Assembly: GCF_004010195.1 (NCBI RefSeq)
Contig: NC_057756.1
Location: forward strand, 7,755,676-7,819,675
Direction of reading: 5' to 3'
DNA length: 64,000 nucleotides
Source of the DNA: Chiloscyllium plagiosum
Taxonomy: Eukaryota
The notes under the pieces: model-generated
Seen by the model: only the letters and a program-made list of their open reading frames with translations
Told to the model about the DNA's origin: nothing
The model's database searches: none
Shown here: piece after piece, positions 61,765-64,000 of the stretch
Position numbering within the stretch: position 1 is the stretch's first letter
How the letters are laid out: the number at the start of each line of letters is the position of its first letter
Position numbers and translations under genes: made by a program

Positions 61765-62046
61765 ACCCACCACGGAATCTCACAATAACTTCTCTTACTG
61801 TGATTAAAGATTCATCAATCAATATAATTGAGGGGAATTCTGCAATGATAATCTGCTCTGTCGAGAGTTTCCCAGCTTCTAACCTGACGTGGAGACATCT
61901 TAATGTCGCAATGAACAGAACAAGTTCCAACAATGAGCTGCGGTTGGAGATTCCTTACGTTACATCCAAGGAGACTGGAGACTATCAGTGTGTGGCAGAG
62001 AATGACCATGGAGCAGTGGAGGGCTCCATCACCATCATTGTGCAAT
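61765..62046 (+). CDS. Repeated Ig exon R9 (intact)
   Basis: 282 bp open, TAG / GTGAGA. Confidence 0.88.
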
Positions 62047-62179
62047 GTGAGACTACTGTTAGATTCATTCATTGTTACAGGAACCATTGGCACTGCCTTG
62101 TTCCTTCTCCGGATTTCATAAAGCCCCCCTCATTCCACGCTCCAATGTTATTCACAGTCTGATTTTCCTTTATCCTTTC

Positions 62180-62434
62180 CTGCTATTCCCCTTCCCTATC
62201 ACTTTACATTTACCCGGACTAATGCACCTAACTTGCACATTCGTGGACAATTTAGTTTGGCCAATTCACCTGAACCTGCACATCTTTGGATTGTGGGAGG
62301 AAACCCGAGCACCTGGAGGAAAGACACGGGGAGAATGTGCAAACTCCACACAGACATTCGCCTGAGGCTGGAATCGAACTCGGGTCCCTAGTGCTGTGAT
62401 GCAGCAATGCTAAGCACTGAGCCACCGTGCTGCC
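62180..62434 (-). mobile_element. HE1/V-SINE, older copy
   Basis: Reverse strand GGCAGCACGGTGGCTCAGTGCTTAGCATTGCTGC head and V core. Confidence 0.85.
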
Positions 62435-63476
62435 AATTTCTCTGACAACTGTTGCTGAGACAAAGATAGTTCCTCATTTCTAGGTCCTTACTCATCTGTC
62501 TAGTTCACTCTGACTGCACTTAACACTCCCTTTTAACTCCAATTTTTCCCAGTCTTTATCTAAGCCACTCACTTATCTTGCTCTGCGTTCAGCTGAATCT
62601 GAGCATCCTCGGCTATACCCACATCTCAAAAGCTGTTACCCTCCTCTCTCCACTTTCTTCAGAGTCTAACCCTCACATCCATCACATACAATCCTCCACG
62701 TTAGTGACTATACCTGACATTTGCTCAACTTCGGGCTGTTTTCAGATGTTGAGACTGAAGTCACAGGCCATGCTGTGGCTTTTCTAAGCTAAATTTCAGT
62801 CCTGGATGTAATTTGGATGTTTATCATTGAACCAAATATTGGAATGTGTCCACTTTCTCTATCACAATGCACCCAATCATGATGTCTCCATTGCCATTCA
62901 GAGCCATTATATTGACCGTCACCACATTCATGTTCAGTCCAAATGTCTCCTTGCCTTTTGTCTGGGTCCATCAAACCCTCCAGTACCTCCTTTGTTCTGT
63001 TTGTGTGTGTGGTGTCATCCGCAGACCAGTGATTCCCCAGCCATGTCATTAGAAACCGAAGAATGTCCTGAGAGACTCTGAGATTTACATTGTTTGTGGC
63101 AGGAATGTGGATGTGTGTAAACACAGGCACAAATACTTCAGCACTCTTTCCTCTTTTAAGACACTTTCTAAATTAAACCTTTGGGTGGTGCTTTCAGTCA
63201 GTGACCAAAGGTCTCCTTTTGTGGCTCAGGATAACATTTTGCCTGAAGGTGGTGAAAATTGAGTGAGAGAATTCCAAAGCTTCAGGCTGTACCTGATCGG
63301 CATGGACGAGTTGGACCAAAAGGCCTGCTTCCATGCTGTACATCTCGATGATTCTATGCAGGCAATTGAAGGTGGAGCCATAAATATCAGAAAACACTCA
63401 AGATGCCGGAACAGAGATCTCAGAACGTTGTGGGCCATGGGGATTACCTGCTGATTCTCCTCTGCTCTTGTTCCAG

Positions 63477-63752
63477 ATCCCCCACGGGAGACCACAGTGT
63501 CCATCAGTGGAGCCTCAGCTGGGATCAGAGAGGGACACAACGTCACATTAATCTGTTCCAGTCAAAGTGTCCCACCGATATTGCATTACACGTGGTTCAG
63601 GATGGAAGGTAACACCAGCATCCAGTTAAACACAAGCAGCCAGATTCTCTCCTTCACTCCAGTCACACGTGGGAATGATGCAGGTTTCTACTGCACAGTC
63701 ACAAGTCCATTGGGTAACAGCAGCTCCAATATGACCCACCTGAATGTGGAAT
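63477..63752 (+). CDS. Siglec-like gene: distinct CD22/sialoadhesin-type C2 Ig exon
   Basis: PPRETTVSISGASAGIREGHNVTLICSSQSVPPILHYTWF...DAGFYCTVTSPLGNSSS; CTTGTTCCAG acceptor, T|GTAAGC donor, 276 bp, phase 1-1. Confidence 0.9.
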
Positions 63753-64000
63753 GTAAGCATTTTACTCTGTCTGTCTCTTCTTTAAACTCCGTGATCGTCT
63801 GTCTGGGGAAGCTTACACACTGTAGTTTAGTATAACCTCCTCGCTGCTGTAACCTGTCCCTCACTGAGGTAATAGTGATACTAGGATAGGTGACCAGCTT
63901 GGCTGCTAAGGAACATCATAAATGAGGAGAGACTGGGGCATGGAGGATTAGGGAGGAAATTTCAGAAATTTGACTCCTGGGCAGGTGAAGATATGGTCAC

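Overview
Eukaryotic, repeat-dense genomic DNA from a cartilaginous fish (inferred from HE1/V-SINEs, CR1 LINEs and the GPCR type), with three N gaps (34527-35009, 38407-38530, 47139-47638). The main gene is a + strand Siglec-like immunoglobulin lectin running from about 21.2 kb to beyond the window end. It has a putative 5' UTR exon, one leader exon (MIGKSYILLLLLQ), TWO tandem intact V-set exons that both keep the sialic-acid-binding FRVE arginine, one C2-set exon, a 5.5 kb intronic 33-bp minisatellite, at least nine tandem copies of a 282-bp Ig exon (two with stops, one cut by a gap) and a further Ig exon; no transmembrane or ITIM exons lie in the window. Upstream are a GPR139/GPR142-like GPCR pseudogene and a decayed Gypsy LTR retrotransposon with nested insertions. 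Penelope-like elements of several families occur throughout, many as fold-back insertions with 13-16 bp target-site duplications and minimal hammerhead-ribozyme motifs. Several local inverted templated insertions and a twin-primed CR1 are also visible. All coordinates and identities were read by eye; repeat family names rest on recalled consensus sequences, not on a database search.
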